Shown: one piece after another, positions 1 through 13,717 of the stretch
Position numbering within the stretch: position 1 is the first letter of the stretch
Layout: each line of letters begins with the position of its first letter
Origin: Patellaria atrata CBS 101060
Lineage: Eukaryota
Direction: 5' to 3'
Length of the DNA: 64,000 nucleotides
Assembly (NCBI GenBank): GCA_010093705.1
Contig: MU006089.1
Location: 942,157 to 1,006,156, forward strand
Notes under the pieces: generated by a model
Told to the model about the DNA's origin: nothing
Databases searched by the model: none
What the model saw: the letters and a program-made list of their open reading frames with translations, nothing else
Made by a program: the position numbers and the translations under genes

Positions 1-1396
1 TCCCCCCCGGAATGTCCTGCTCGCGAACTCGGCATGCCTCCAACTGAAGCGCATCTGCGGCGCAAGAACACTATAAAACTGTGCTCTCATTCGTCCCGCT
101 CGAGGTAGATCATGGCTTTACGCTCGAACCAGGATTTATTAATAGTCACGAGAGCAAGCGCGTCTTCACTCCCTTCCCTCATCACGTCTTTCCCCCCTTG
201 CTTTCTAACTACAGTACCAACTTTCCCATCCCCAGACTTCCTTGTTCTAAATCACGTACTCTGTGTGGTGAGGTGAATGTTGGAGGCCGACCGAACTATC
301 TTTTGCGTAAAGGTACTTGGGTTGTAAGGTAGGCCGCAGTACAGTACAGTGCTCACCCTCCCATGTCTCACAAACCGATCACGAAGACACTCCATCTGTT
401 CGGTACCATGACCGCGCGTGGAGGGTGTGGGAAACTTCACTTTCATCAGATCTCCCATCCTCTTCGGGCTAAGACTGGGTCTTCCATCCACTTCACTAGC
501 CCTTTTCCGCGAGATCAACCGGTACAGCATCCGGAGTCTGCATCTGTACAACCCCATCATGACGACCCCCGGTGTTGCACCTCTGCTTTTTTTTTTTTTT
601 TCTTTTTTTCTTTTTCTCTTTTTTCCTTTTTCTCTTTTTTTCTTTTGGCGCTTTTCGGGTGTCACGTCTGTGATGCAAGTGCCGGTGCTGCGAAATGCCT
701 CCGGACAGAGCTACCGCCTGCAGGGGTTGTTGTCTAGGAGAGAGATTCTGGGGGTTGAGGGGAGTACATGGGTACATGTGGCTTACTACCTCACCTTTAC
801 TACCAGGTACTTCAGCTCAAAACTAAGCTGAAGTTTCGCTGAGTAGTGGGATATGAGTGTGTATGTGACTTGTGTCTGTACAGCACGGTATATTGAATAT
901 TCTTCAACGCGCAAATGTACCCGACATAACTGAACCGTGGATTTTGAGAGACAAAAAAAAAAGGGAAAAGAAAAAAAAGGAAATAAAATATGCTCGGTTG
1001 AATGTACGTACAATATCCTACGGTACCGAAGCCAAACTATCCAACACCCATGTACCTTACTGTACACTCTCGCTCCGGGGTAACTGTACAAGTGCCTTCT
1101 AATTTCCAAAAGTAGCATGCGCCTGGATATGTCTCCACCTTGAACGTCCAAGAGTCTACCTTAGCAGAGGCAGTATCCAGTCCGTATTGATCCAATATTT
1201 CTTCCCCGTGTTTCTCCGTCCCATGTATCAGGTACGCTATACGCTTATGATCATCTGCTGAAGGGTCGATATCATATGCCGTCCCAGTTACGAGGTAAGT
1301 GGCACATGCCCCTGTCAGCCACCCGCTCTATCGATTCCCCAGCTCCCAGGTCTACGACAGTAGGTCAGGTTGAGCATCTGGACCAACTTTACAGCT

Positions 1397-2186
1397 TTAC
1401 CCGCTCTCCCCCAGCTTCTGCCCCGGATGCTTCCCCTCGAAGACATCCTCGTTGATCTTTCTCCCGCTCGAGCCGGTAAGCTGCTCCTTCCTCGAAGCCT
1501 CCATGTCCGGTTTCTCTCCCGTCTCTACCGTAGCTTTCTCCACCTTTTCGTTGGGATCCTCGGCGCAGCCGCAGTCGTAGAAATCGCCGATGTTGGAGCA
1601 GTCGAAGAGGGGCTTTTTCAGGCTCTTGTTCACCTCGTTGTGGACGTGGCAGCCCCACGCTGCCGCTGCCGAGCGGGAGGAGACTTGAGGGGGGAACTGG
1701 TCTAGTATCTGGCGGAAGTGGTTGGCGCATTCGCCGCTTGGGAGGGTTAGCTGTGGTACCGAGGGAGTTGGGTGGGGAGTGTGTGTGTACCATGGGTATA
1801 ACCTTTGGAAGAGGTATATGTACGATTGTAGAGCTGAGCTTTCTTCTGCTGTGGGTTTGTCTGGAAATCGTGCGAACGTGGTGTGGAATAATCTCCAAGC
1901 TGCTCGCCCGAGTTCTGCTCTGCACAATCGTATTCGTCAGTAATGGACTATCGATAAACAGATGATGACCGTCGTACTTGATAGTTTCATTCCCTAGCTT
2001 AGGAGCAATGGCTTGGCCCGTCGAAGTGAAGATCTCCAGCGGAACTTGATGCCCCGATGCTTCCTTCTGGGGAATAGGTATCGTCGACCCCTCAGTTCGG
2101 GGCTGAAAGAAAGTAAGAAAGGACAGAGAAAGCAATCCCGCTATGAGGATTATGACGATGGGGAATCGTCTCCCCGCGCCCGCCAT
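1397..2186 (-). CDS. ERV2: FAD-linked sulfhydryl oxidase, Erv2/ALR family (3 exons)
   Basis: N-terminal hydrophobic anchor. The spliced product reads LGNETIK-AELGRAAWRLFHT...YPC-GECANHF (CxxC split by an intron), then WGCHVHNEVN and the C-terminal YDCGC motif. Introns about 1977-1920 and 1790-1737. Confidence 0.93.
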
Positions 2187-2525
2187 CCTTTGTCGTGCTG
2201 TGAGGCAGTCTTACCGCGTAAGGATTATCGCGATGCGGAAGCATAGAACTGGACCAAGAGGTGAAGGTGAGACTCCTGAGTCTCAAAGAAGGTGAGATGG
2301 AGCTAGTCGTCCAACAACCGTTACTGTAGAGATAGTGTATGCATGTCGTATCTAGAGACCGATGGGTATGACTCTCACTTCGAATCCATCACTCCACATC
2401 GGCCGTTTACTTTGCAACAAAAGTACACCAAGGTAGGAGTTAAAGTCTTTCAAAGTGAACCGGTGCGTATTTGCGGTGGTAGCCGTCCAAAGCCAGTAAA
2501 GCCGCTTAGCTCCTTTGACCACCGC

Positions 2526-2569
2526 CCGATGTTCGGCTGCACTTGCGGATTTGCTGGGCCGATGTTCGG
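2526..2569. promoter_or_regulatory. Two copies of CCG-ATGTT-CGG (CCGN5CGG), candidate Zn2Cys6 (LeuB/Leu3-type) sites upstream of BCAT
   Basis: Identical 11-mers at 2526-2536 and 2559-2569; TATA-like TATATAAA near 2690; ATGACTCT near 2368. Confidence 0.45.
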
Positions 2570-2856
2570 CTTCTCATGCCCTCATACTCGTGAGATCCGT
2601 AGAATTTGAATGTTGTGTCACTCCGGATTTCAGTATAGGATTCTGACTATGCCGGTGACTATGTGACGCCCTACACAAGGTAATTACCCTATATAAACAT
2701 CAATTGAGTATCGTTCGAACGTCTGTCACTGTTCAGTTTCGTCCTGTCTCCGAAACCACCACCCCCACCAGGTATAGGTACGTTTGACACGAACGTCATG
2801 GTTCGAAACCATACCTCTGACAGAATGGAGTAGTTTCTATTCCGAGTATCTTCAAT

Positions 2857-4156
2857 ATGCCTGGATCATTTCCACCTCCCCCGGTCAATACCATCGGTAT
2901 GCCTCGAGTTGCTGTGAACATCGATTATAATCGCTAAGAGCAGACAGACTGGGACAATGTGGGCTTTCGGGTTCGTGAAGGTGAATGCAGCAATTGACGT
3001 CTCACTACCTCGGAAAAGAACCCAACTGATATCCCCCAGTGAACGGCCACATCGAGTCCCACTACAGCGTCAAGACAGGAAAATGGACCGAACCAGTCTT
3101 CGTCGAGGATCCATTTCTCCGTATCCACGGCATGGCCCCCGGCCTAAATTACGGTACACACATCCATCCTCTCAATCCACTTCATCTTACACATCATCGA
3201 TTCCCATAGGCCAACAATGCTACGAAGGCATGAAAGCCTTCCGCTCCCCCAACGACGAAATCAACATCTTCCGCCCCTCCCAAAACGCCCTACGGATGCA
3301 ACACAGCGCCTCCTACATCTCCATCCCGGCGGTCCCGACCGCCCACTTCAAGCGCTGCTGCCACCTCGCCGTCGCCCTAAATGCAGAATACGTTCCCCCC
3401 CACCACACCGGCGCCGCGATGTACATCCGGCCCTTACTCTTCGGCTCCTCCGCCCAGCTCGGCCTCAACCCCCCCGAGGAATACACATTCGTAGTCTACG
3501 TCCTCCCAACCGGCGTCTACCACGGCGTCAACCCCGTCGCGGCACTCATACTCGAAGACTTCGACCGCGCCGCCCCCGAGGGCACCGGTTCCGCGAAGGT
3601 AGGCGGCAACTACGCCCCCGTCCTCCGCTGGAGCGAGAAAGCGCATAAAGACGGCTATGGCATAACCCTCCACCTGGACTCCAAGACTCGCACCGAGATC
3701 GACGAGTTCTCGACGTCCGGCTTCATCGGCGTCAAATACGGGTTCGACGAACCCGACACCGTGCTCGTCGTCCCCGATTCCAAAAACGCGATTAAGTCCG
3801 TGACCTCGGACTCCGTCTGCGCCATCGCGGAATCCCTCGGTTGGCGCGTCGAGCGCCGCTCCGTTAAATACGATGAGTTGGCCAGCTTTCAGGAAGTCAT
3901 GGCTGCCGGCACCGCGGCGGCTTTGGTCCCGGTTAAGAGTATCGATATGGTGAGTAAGGGGGATAGGTTTGAGTTCCGCGGTGGGGATGGTGAGCCGGGA
4001 GCTGTTTGCGCGAAGTTGTTGAGCACGTTGAAGGGGATTCAGCAGGGGAAGATTGAGGATCGGTTTGGGTGGTTGGAGAGGGTTGAGGAGGCGGAGGAGG
4101 GGTTGAGGAAGAGAGACGCACAGGGGTGGAATGGGGATGTGGGACAGTTGCCTTGA
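2857..4156 (+). CDS. Branched-chain amino acid aminotransferase (class IV PLP); exons 2857-2896, 2948-2980, 3040-3153, 3210-4156
   Basis: Spliced N-terminus MPGSFPPPPVNTIDWDNVGFRVREVNGH; LNYGQQCYEGMKA; YIRP; AKVGGNY (PLP lysine); EVMAAGTAA. Confidence 0.93.
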
Positions 4157-4324
4157 TTTGATGTTTGGGATGGAGGTGTGAGGTATCTGCCATTTACGTG
4201 GGTCGTGGCGCTCATGGTTTATTGTATAGTTAACACTGGAAAAGATAGAGTAGAAAGGAAAATGGAGATCAGTTGTTTGTGGAAGGAAAGATGGTTTGGG
4301 TTTATCACGTGTTGAGTGCGCAAA

Positions 4325-4840
4325 TTGCTTCAGTACGGTACAGTACTGTACAGTACAAAGCATCAGAACTGCATGAGGGCCACCCAAACTACCACATCAC
4401 GGACCGTACAGATGGCCTCACCGTATCAAACGACCCACCAACTAGCTTATACCATATTACCATCCCACACCCCGATAACCGCTCATACCCTACACTCTTT
4501 CACAATCTAAACTTAACCTGATCTTGCCCGGACCCGTCGAACAGTACAGTACGCCCGTATGGTAGAGCGCGACTATAGCATACTACAAAACCACCGTCCA
4601 GGGAGTTGACCCCCGTTTTTGAGCTGCACCTTGATGATCCATGGACTGTAGCAGTACTGAGGTAGTGAGGTGGTGTACAACCGCACAGCGCCGTAGATAC
4701 TGTGTCGTGTAGTGCCGTGCGGTATAGTACGATCCTGGATTGTACAGTACGATACGATACTGGACTGGACGGACCGCACTGTGCTAGACTGGAGTATAAC
4801 TGTACTGGAATGAATAGACTGTACTGTCCGGGTACAGATT
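4325..4840. repeat. Low-complexity tract of degenerate TACAG/TACTG/GTACA pentamers
   Basis: Recurrent strings such as cagtacggtacagtactgtacagtac and gatacgatactggactggac between two convergent genes. Confidence 0.5.
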
Positions 4841-5241
4841 AGATGGTGACAGCCGGGGTGGTATACTATACTACGTACCTTCGCGACGCCGGGGTTTGGT
4901 GCAGAGGACGCGGCTGTGGTTGTACTGTATGGTGGGGAGTGAGGAGCGGGCTAATAAGGTGGAGGATGGTGAATAGGCGTACGGTATATGCCACGGGCTG
5001 AGCTACCTTATTATATAGGACACAAATAGCGCCCACGTACAAGAACCAGCTACCCCGAGAAATGATCCGAAGGTTTCGTGGGTTAGGTAGAGCACATACT
5101 CCAATAAAACCCCAAGTAGAGCGCGATATAGTGATTGTAGAGAGAGAAGTCAGATACAAAGAACCCTGGGATCCAAATGCCACGCTAACCGCTCAGATAA
5201 CAAGAAAAAAAAAATTCATCCATCACATTTATGCAACCCCC

Positions 5242-5341
5242 NNNNNNNNNNNNNNNNNNNNNNNNNNNNNNNNNNNNNNNNNNNNNNNNNNNNNNNNNNN
5301 NNNNNNNNNNNNNNNNNNNNNNNNNNNNNNNNNNNNNNNNN
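5242..5341. other. Assembly gap (100 N)
   Basis: Run of n characters; it probably hides the stop codon of the WW/PhoD gene. Confidence 1.
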
Positions 5342-8300
5342 CACATCTACCGCCCATACTCCAAACTCGGAATAATAACCGGTCCATACTTCATCGGCTG
5401 GGCAAAAGCACCCTCATTCTGTACCATAAAGTCCACCGCCAACGACAGTCGTCCCCCTCCCTTCGCCATCCCCCCGGCGGGGCCAAACGTCCCATTCACG
5501 ATCTCCGGATCGTACGCCACGCAAGCGACGTAGTTCCGTCTGCCCATCAACCTCTTCATCTCCCTGGGCTGGCCGTTGACGTCGGCGGTGAAGATTTCCA
5601 TCATGTCTTCCTTGGTGTCGGAGGGCGTGTGCGAGGAGCGGTGCCCGTTCGCCGGTACGTATAGCGGTTTGTTGTTGTGCAGGAGGCGCAGGACGTAGTT
5701 GGATGGCGGGGTGTTGACGATGGAGGAGGAGATGATTTGGTACATTGTTTTGTGGTCGGAGGGTTTGGAGGGGTCGTGGACTAGACCGGCACCGCAGCAG
5801 TTGACGTCTGTGGATGGAGTGTTAGTAAGGGAGATTTTAGGTTGGGGTTGGGGTTGAGGCTGGATTCGATTTACCTCCGGAGAAAAATGTCATTCGCAAA
5901 CTCTTGTTGTGCGCGATACCTTGTAGTGTTCTGATGAGGTATGTCCGCTCGAGATCTTTTGATTCGTGCGTCCATTGATCTCGTAACTCGTCTAGCACGT
6001 CGATATCCCCAAATGGACTTAAAATACCACTCATCAAGCCGGACTTACCCACCGCCTTCTTAACCGAGCTGAAACCCTCACCAACAACACCCTTTGCGCC
6101 GACGATCCCGGCGACGGACCCGGTAACTTTTCCGAGCATGTTAAACGCGCCGGTTGCCGCTTTCTTACCCGTCGCCATTGTTGACGCGAGATGTTCGACA
6201 CTTTCCATACGCGGGTAGATGAGCGGAACAGGGACCATCCATATGCAATGCTGCACGCTAGGTGGCAACATCGCAACCTTGGGAAAGAGGCCCTGGTACG
6301 TCGGACCCGCCATGACTTGATGCGGATTGCGCTCGGAGCGAGTATCCGGACCCACCACGACAACGGCGGGGCCCAGGTACTTGATGAAGTGCCAACCGGT
6401 GCCAGTGACGGTGAAGAGGTCCTGGTCGCCGCTAACATTGCGTAGAATCTCGAGCGTGGTGTGGTGCTGGAACAAGAGGTACATTTCAATGCCGATACGG
6501 CCGATGTTTTTGAACATGTTGGAGAATTGCATATATTCGGGATAGGAGCCGAAACCGTCAAATCTGTGTCCATTAGGATGTGTCACCTCCCTCGGGGTTG
6601 GATAAAAACTTACATGTCATGATCGTCAAGAGAGAGGACATGTGGTATCTGCGCGAACGCTTCTCTCAAATGCGGTTGATCGAAATGACTGGTATAATAA
6701 TGGAAGTAAGCGTGGGAGACCTCCTCCTCATGCTTCGCTGTCCAGGCGGCATTCTTTCTATTCTCCTTTCCGCTCATGGAAGTCCATTGTTTGAGAAGTG
6801 GAATTTCTTTCCACATCCTGTCTGCATATATCTGGTCCCCAAGACCCAATTGGGCGTGGAAACCGCCGCATTCCATATGCTTCTGGAGGATATCTTTCCA
6901 CATGAAGCCTACACCGCCAACACGTGATCGTTCATTGGCAGTCACATTCAGTGCAAAGTCATTACCTGAATGTGCGATAAAACGCCAGCTAGTCTCATGC
7001 CTGCCTGCTATGAGAAATTCGTAACGAGTGCAACCAAGATGTGAAGTGATGGCATAAGTCCATTTCGCCTCATGGTCTTCTTCCATCTGTAAGTCAACGT
7101 CATATCTATAGAATATCCATCTCTGATGGCTAAAAATTGGATTTGCTTTCAATTGGCGTGCTTTACTACTGTTAGCATATGAGAACATAAAACTATAAAT
7201 TGGGATGACTTACGATTAGGGGATAAATCGGTACTTTGATGAATGTGAATGGTGGGTGGCTGTGGCGCATCCGTAACTAACAAAATAGATCCGAGCCAAA
7301 TACCACGCTCAATATCCATATTCGTATATCTAAGAAACGGTCCAAAATATACTCCGTTTGTTGGAGCCACTTTATACAGATCAACACCAGCTGACGGAGG
7401 TGGCCCTGAAAAGCCGGCCGCAGTCGGACTCGCAATTCCCGACATAGACATCATGTTTTCGTGATACATTGCTTGTTGTGGAGGAAATCCCGGAGATGCT
7501 AATGGTTGCTTTCCATTGAAAGACCCCAATCCCGGCGATGCTAGTGGATTGACAAATGTGCCCACTGGAGACATGGGCACATCGTTCAGATTTAGAGGTG
7601 TCGGGCCCTTCGGAAATTCCCATTGGGTTGATTGAGTGGGGAGATGAATATAGTAGTATTGACCAGAAGATGGATCGAGATGTGCAATCCAACCCTCTGG
7701 AAGAGGTGGGGGAGAGGCCGGTCCCGGTCCAGGCGGCGGAGATGCATTCTGATGAATTTGGATAGGAGTCAACCCAGTTGGATGTGATGAAGGACCAGCT
7801 TGTTGTCGCGGGTCGTTCGCAAATGCTGGATGTTGCTGTAGATTTGGATCACCCATTACTGCAGGGCCTGGGACGGCGCTTGGTGTAGGTTGGTTGATGA
7901 TTGTGTTCCGTTTCTCGTTAGGATAACCTTGAGCCGACATCGCAGCACCTGCGGGCGTTTGATGTGAGACGCTATCATACGCCGGTGGAGGTTCGTCGTT
8001 CACGTTCATCCGCTGGAAGTCTTGCTCTAGGGTAGCAGCATGTTCAGATGAAGTAGGTTTAGCGCTTGAGGCAGCAGTAGGTTGTGGGGGGAGCGGTCCG
8101 GTTGGAGGAGGTGAAAAAGCGGGTGGAATGCTTCCAGCAGGAGGATTTGAGACCTCAGTTTGACCTTGGTATACAGCTGGAGCTCCAAACGGATGGCTAC
8201 CAGGCTGCTCCGTCGGTGTCCAGGGTCTACGGGGTGGTTGCTGCTGCTGTTGTGCAGGAGGTGATGCTGCCCCGATTCTGGGCTGGGGAGAAGCATAATG

Positions 8301-9254
8301 CGCCGTACGTTGTGAAGCAGCTGCGTTCTGTGCCTGCAAATTGCTAAGCGTCGAGGTACCTGAAATGCCAGCAGCTGCATATCGAGCTTCAATACCTCCT
8401 CCTGCTGGTGCCTCAAATGCGGGTGTCTCAGGAGGTGGAGGGGATCCTCTCGAGGCTCGAGTTGTCGAGGTGGATGCGGTAGAGCTCAAGCGGTTGATGC
8501 CGGCCGGATTGGGTATCCGCAATCCTCCACCATACGAGGAGGCGTTTGCGCTATCTGGAGAGGTTGTGCTCGGGGGAGGCCAGTATTGCTGATGGAACTC
8601 TGGATATGGATTCCCGGCAGGCTCTTCAGTCTTGTTGCCATTTGCGGCAGTAGTGGCAACGGGACCTCGTTGAGGCGGCTTTGCGAATAGTCCATCTTTA
8701 TCTGGAGTATCTGGTCCTGGAGACTCTGGAAGAGGTTTTGGTTGTGTGCCTCTTCGCTCAGCTAGTCTCGATGGTTGTGGTCCATTAGTCTGGCTATCGT
8801 GCTGCCATGGCGCAGTCGCATATCCCGATACTGTTGGTCGATTGGGATCAGAAGCGTCGAATCTGGGACGTGGCGAACCCGATGGAGCAGTTGCGCTCGA
8901 TCTCCTTCTCCTTCCCTCTTCTGGTGTAGCGTTCTTCGCGGCTCTTTCGCGCTCAGACAGAGGTGTATATGCTCTTCCACCACCAGCTTGTTGACGCTGA
9001 CGGTCGTCGGGATATGGAAGTGGTGCGGTTGGAGGACTCGAGGCGGGCATGGGATAGCCTCCCATCCCCGGTGGACGTGGAAACGCATCGGTTTGGTTAC
9101 TGGCGGATGGAACTCTCGGTGGAGGAGTGCCAGAACCGCCAGTACTGTGTTTCTGTATTCTCAGGGGCCCTACGGTGGGAGTATCTGGTTCTGTTGTATC
9201 TCGTCGCAAGAAGAGCTCTTCTTCAGGTCTACCATGCTTCCGCGTGGGATCCAT
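5342..9254 (-). CDS. WW-domain, PhoD-like phosphatase-domain protein (multi-exon; 3' end runs into the gap)
   Basis: Long Pro/Ser-rich N-terminus; WW domain PLPEGWIAHLDPSSGQYYYIHLPTQSTQWEFP; metallophosphatase motifs GLGDQIYAD, LDDHD, PDTRSER, SG-DVNCC. Start taken as MDPTRKHG (9254). Confidence 0.85.
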
Positions 9255-11103
9255 TTTGTCTATATGCAAGGTCAGATCTCCCGTTTCTATCAATAACTTC
9301 TCGGTTGTGTATTTTTGGAAGTAGAATGCGGCACGAGGCTTCTTGTACAGCTGTTGGAGGTGGGGCAATTTGGGTATCGAACGGGAGGGTGGCACACGTC
9401 AACAGAGAAACGAGACGAAAGTCCGACAGATGAGAGTGAGTTGGAAAGGAGAATTATAGACAAATGCAATGCAGCATCATAGTTTTGTAGTTTTCCGATG
9501 TACACGTACGCCTTTGGGCTCTGCAGCCTCCGTCTATTCGCAAAGATTGGGATAAATCTGGATTTCAAGGCCTGAAGAGTACCGCGACCCAAGAAGAGTA
9601 CCTTGAAGTGGCATGCATGGCCAATCAACGTTGATGATAACCAGAGGAGGCCGCAGAAAGGAGACCGCGCGCTTAGAATGCTTGAGGGGGCGGAGGGGGG
9701 GAAGCTTGGAATCACATCACTCATCATTTACCACTTCTTCGTGCTAATATTTGTTAAAAAATAAAAAAGAAAAAGAAAAAGAAAAAGTTGCTATTAGATG
9801 CTATCTATCTATCATCTTCTAGGACTTTCGTTCGCCAGTCAGGTTGACAGACAGCCAGTCTCCGTTTTGATAGGAGAACCGGTAGAACTAATGAACTATC
9901 ATTGTGTTCTCCGGAGCGTGGCCTCATACTCTCACCCGCGCCATGTGAGAATCTTTTCTTGCAGAATCAACATCCAATCTGTTTTGGTAGGGCAGTTGAG
10001 AAAAGTAATCAAATGCATTCGAAGGATGAGAGAATGACGGGATAGTATTCCGTATAGTGGTGCGCTTTAACATATCATACCCCTGATATGTTACAGAGAG
10101 CTCATCCGCCATAACGGAAAGGTATCAGAAACATCCTCTATATCTTTCACGAGGCTCAACCACTGGACATCGATGTCCACGCCGCGCAAGGTGTGGAGTC
10201 TGAGGATTCGTAGAAGTATGAATTCATCCAAATACATCGGTTCGAACGGTACGGCGCGGTACTTTACGATACAGCAACTGGGTCTTCTCTTTTATACTGC
10301 ATGTCCGCATGTGTTTCAAGCAAACTCACTTCACCATCATGGGAGTGAGAGGAGTGGCTTCACAGCTTTCACCCTGCGCATGCGAAACATTGACCCGAGC
10401 GAGCTCGTATCTCGGCCCCAAATCTCTTCACCTCAATACGATGGTTTTATCCCACCTCTCCTACCGTCTGATTCGATGAGGAGCAGGAATTCACAAGAAT
10501 CAGATATCGAGTTCATTCTGTACTAATTGTATCTGATGGTACTCTACCTTTTATATAAACTGATTTTGATACGGTTATGCTGCTAAATCAGGTTACGGAG
10601 TAAGTCAAGAAACGGGAGGCTGTAAGACTGTGTAGCAGATGGCTTGCAAAACTGACATTTCCCACTGAAATAACCTACAAATGAGGTTACAAAACGCCAT
10701 GACCTTCCTTTTTAGAGCAACTATAAGTGAAAGCTAACTGTAAAAACGAAAAGCGGCATGAAATTTGAACGACATCGCAGGTTTTGTGCGGCTGAGAACA
10801 CGACCGAGAGGCTGATAGTTCTAGTTCCAGAGCGACACCATGTGGGACCGCTCGAGTCGTCGCTTTTAACAATAAGTTGCTTTCCATTTCTTTCTGTATG
10901 TTGTTGACCGGAATTCCTACCTTGTCGTTCTCTCAATCTCTATATTCCATTCCTGTCTCTTGTTTCTCTAATTCAGTCTCTGCTTCTATCTATTTCAAAG
11001 GAGAAACTTTCTTTTTCAACAGCCTTGTCGTCTTGACATAAGGCTATCAAAAGTTCAAACCTTAGAATTTTAAGCAAAAATAATATAGGAAACTACTTCC
11101 GCC

Positions 11104-11554
11104 ATGTATCAGAATCCAGTTCAATACCAGGCCGCTACGCCAGCACCTCCTCCCTACAGTCCAGCGCCCCAGGTGGTCCAAAGCCCACACCAGATGGTCC
11201 AAAGCCCACAACAAATGGCCCAAGGACCCTCTCAACAGACATATTCTCAGCCTGGTGTGCAACAGAACGGGTATCCTCAAGAGAAACAACAGTTCCAATC
11301 AATGGTTGCGCCACAACAGCAACAAGTTATGTCTCCTCCTCCTGGCTATCAGCAGCAACCACAGCAGCAGCAAATAATGAACCCCCAGCAACCTCAACAG
11401 CAGCAAGTCCAGCAAATGATGCAACATATGAACCCAGACCAACTCCAGCAGCTGCAAAAAGTCGTCAACAGCATGCCCCCTGAAAAGCTCCAAGCAATGA
11501 TGCCCCCATTACAGCAGCAAATCGAAATGCTCCCCCCTCAACAACAACAACAGC

Positions 11555-11595
<41 letters not shown>

Positions 11596-12906
11596 CCGCA
11601 CTCCCTACCTCCCCAACCTCAACCGCAATCCTGGTCCGCCCCTCCCCTCACCGCCGCATACGTCCCCCCAACCATCCCCACGACAGGAACCGGCTTCAAA
11701 CCCGACGACAAAGACGCCCAAAAATCAGGCGGCTTCAAACGCTTCATGGGCGACACGCTCGTAGGCCGCTTCGCCCGCGCCTCCGTTCAAACCGCGACCT
11801 CAACCCTCAAAATGCCAGCGGCCCTGAGCCCCTGGGGCGACAACAACCCGGTAACCCTCCCCAACGTCCGCTACCGCGACGCGGTCCTCTTCACGACCTT
11901 CGCCTTCGTCGGGGCGCCGCTGATCGAAGGCGCCGACGCCGCCGTAACCGACATGTTCGGCGCCGACAGCTTCGTCTCCACCCTCGTCAGCAGCGGCGCC
12001 AGCACAATCGTCGGCTCGACCGTGCTCAAATACGGCCTCTTCCAAATAATCGAACAAGCCATCGACAAAGGGCTTCTCGAACACATGCTCCCGGAAGAAG
12101 AGAAAATGACAACCACAACAACCGTGAAAAGCCTCCAGGTAACCATCAAACACAAACTGATGGGCGTAGACGCCGACATCCGCCTCGCCTCCACCTACCC
12201 AGCCTCCTCCCCCATCTCCTGCGCAAAGGGCTGGTTCGCCCCTTACCTCTTCGCCTCGGCCCGCACGCCCCTGATCCCACGCGCCCGCGACTTCGCCATC
12301 GCGCAGTTCTTCGGCCCCTTCGTTGCGGCCGACTACGCAATGGCGCACAAGCTCGTCGCCGAGGCTTCGCACGTCCTCAGCCTCTGCGACCCCGATCCCG
12401 CGGTCAATATCGGGGTGAATAGGCTCGTGGTGCTGTTTGTCGGCATCGCCCCGTTTCGAGCGGATATGTGGTCGACGTCCCGCAGACCCGGGTGTGGGAC
12501 TCTCATATTTCACCTCCTGGACGGCTGTCCCGCGCTCGTGGTGCCTGTGACTGGGAATGCGCCGATCGTGGCGTGGTCGCCGTGGACGCTGGCGCAGATG
12601 AGGGCGTCGGGAGGGTTGGGGGCGTCGGCGTCGGCGTCGGCGTCGGTGTCGGTGTCGGTGGGGACTTCTGACGTTGGAAATGGGACGTATCGCGCGGAAT
12701 GGCAGCACGAGCAGCTGTGCGAGTGGCTCGACGGAATCGTCAGCGTGGCGCATCTGTCTCCGGGCATCAGGGAGAAGTATATCGATGTGTTGGGACGGGC
12801 TGTGAGTCTTGTTATTAATGGTGCGTTGGCTTCGGAGAGGGCGGGGAAGACGGTGCTTGGAAAGGTCGATCCGGAAAGGGCGGGTATTTGTATGTTTAGG
12901 TATTAG
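11104..12906 (+). CDS. Hypothetical protein with Q/P-rich N-terminus and globular C-terminal domain
   Basis: Uninterrupted 600-aa ORF with coding-like codon use; C-terminus ...DPERAGICMFRY. Confidence 0.8.
11539..11595 (+). repeat. (CAA)n microsatellite encoding polyQ (19 Q)
   Basis: caa repeats with one cag interruption, read directly. Confidence 0.95.
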
Positions 12907-13717
12907 GGATGGAGAAGGGAGGTGGAGAAGGGAGGGAGTTGCTGTGCAGCGCGTTTAGGTTTGAAACTGTGACTGTGGTTGGCTGGTGTTCCGGATTTGG
13001 GTCACGATATGATGTTGATAGGATGTATGATGTATATTACATGGGAGTCTGATACCCTGTCTTCGAAATGAGAATCTTAGTTTATGTTACAATAATTCAA
13101 CTAGTGAAATCATCTGCGGGCGAAAGGCCGTGAGTCTATAGATCACAGTGATAATCATATGCACACCATTGCTCAAAGTTGTAATGGAGGGATTGTGGCT
13201 ATTGCAATATCTACCTAGCAGCTACTTAACTTAGAAATGGAGTCTCGACGACAGTGGACCCCATCATCCCAGCGCAACCAGTTCGAAAGAATCTTGCAAA
13301 AGTTTGGATCGATACCGCCATATCCCGTACCTGGGGTTTTTGCTTGTAAATATAAGAGGTAATGAAAACAGAACCGCAGAACCGAACACGAACACAAAGC
13401 GGATTTGACCAATGTTTAAAGGAGATTGAGGTGGTGTAAACAAGGGGGGAAGGTATGGGAGAGTAAGAGGAAAGGTGGGGCAGAGGTGAAGCAATCATAC
13501 GTGACAAAACGTTGAGTGAAGGGACCCAAATCGCTGGTGTATCATATTTTCGCACAAACAAGCCAACTCCATCCCGAAGCTCTTCAGACCAGTATTTTCT
13601 CCGTTAGGCTCGTTAGTGAGCTGGTTCTTATCACAGGAATTGGCCGTAAGATGCTCAAATAGAAATCCCGACGCCAAAGAGAAGATAACATGATCTCCAC
13701 GAGATTACTTATGCACT

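Noticed and set aside
252..1151. Lys/Arg- or Phe-rich ORFs at the window start
   Set aside because: They arise from poly-T (586-646) and poly-A (~953-990) tracts; no recognisable domain.
3434..4387. Long antisense ORFs over BCAT (also 11800-12753 and 26148-26708)
   Set aside because: Shadow ORFs caused by GC-rich codon bias of the sense genes.
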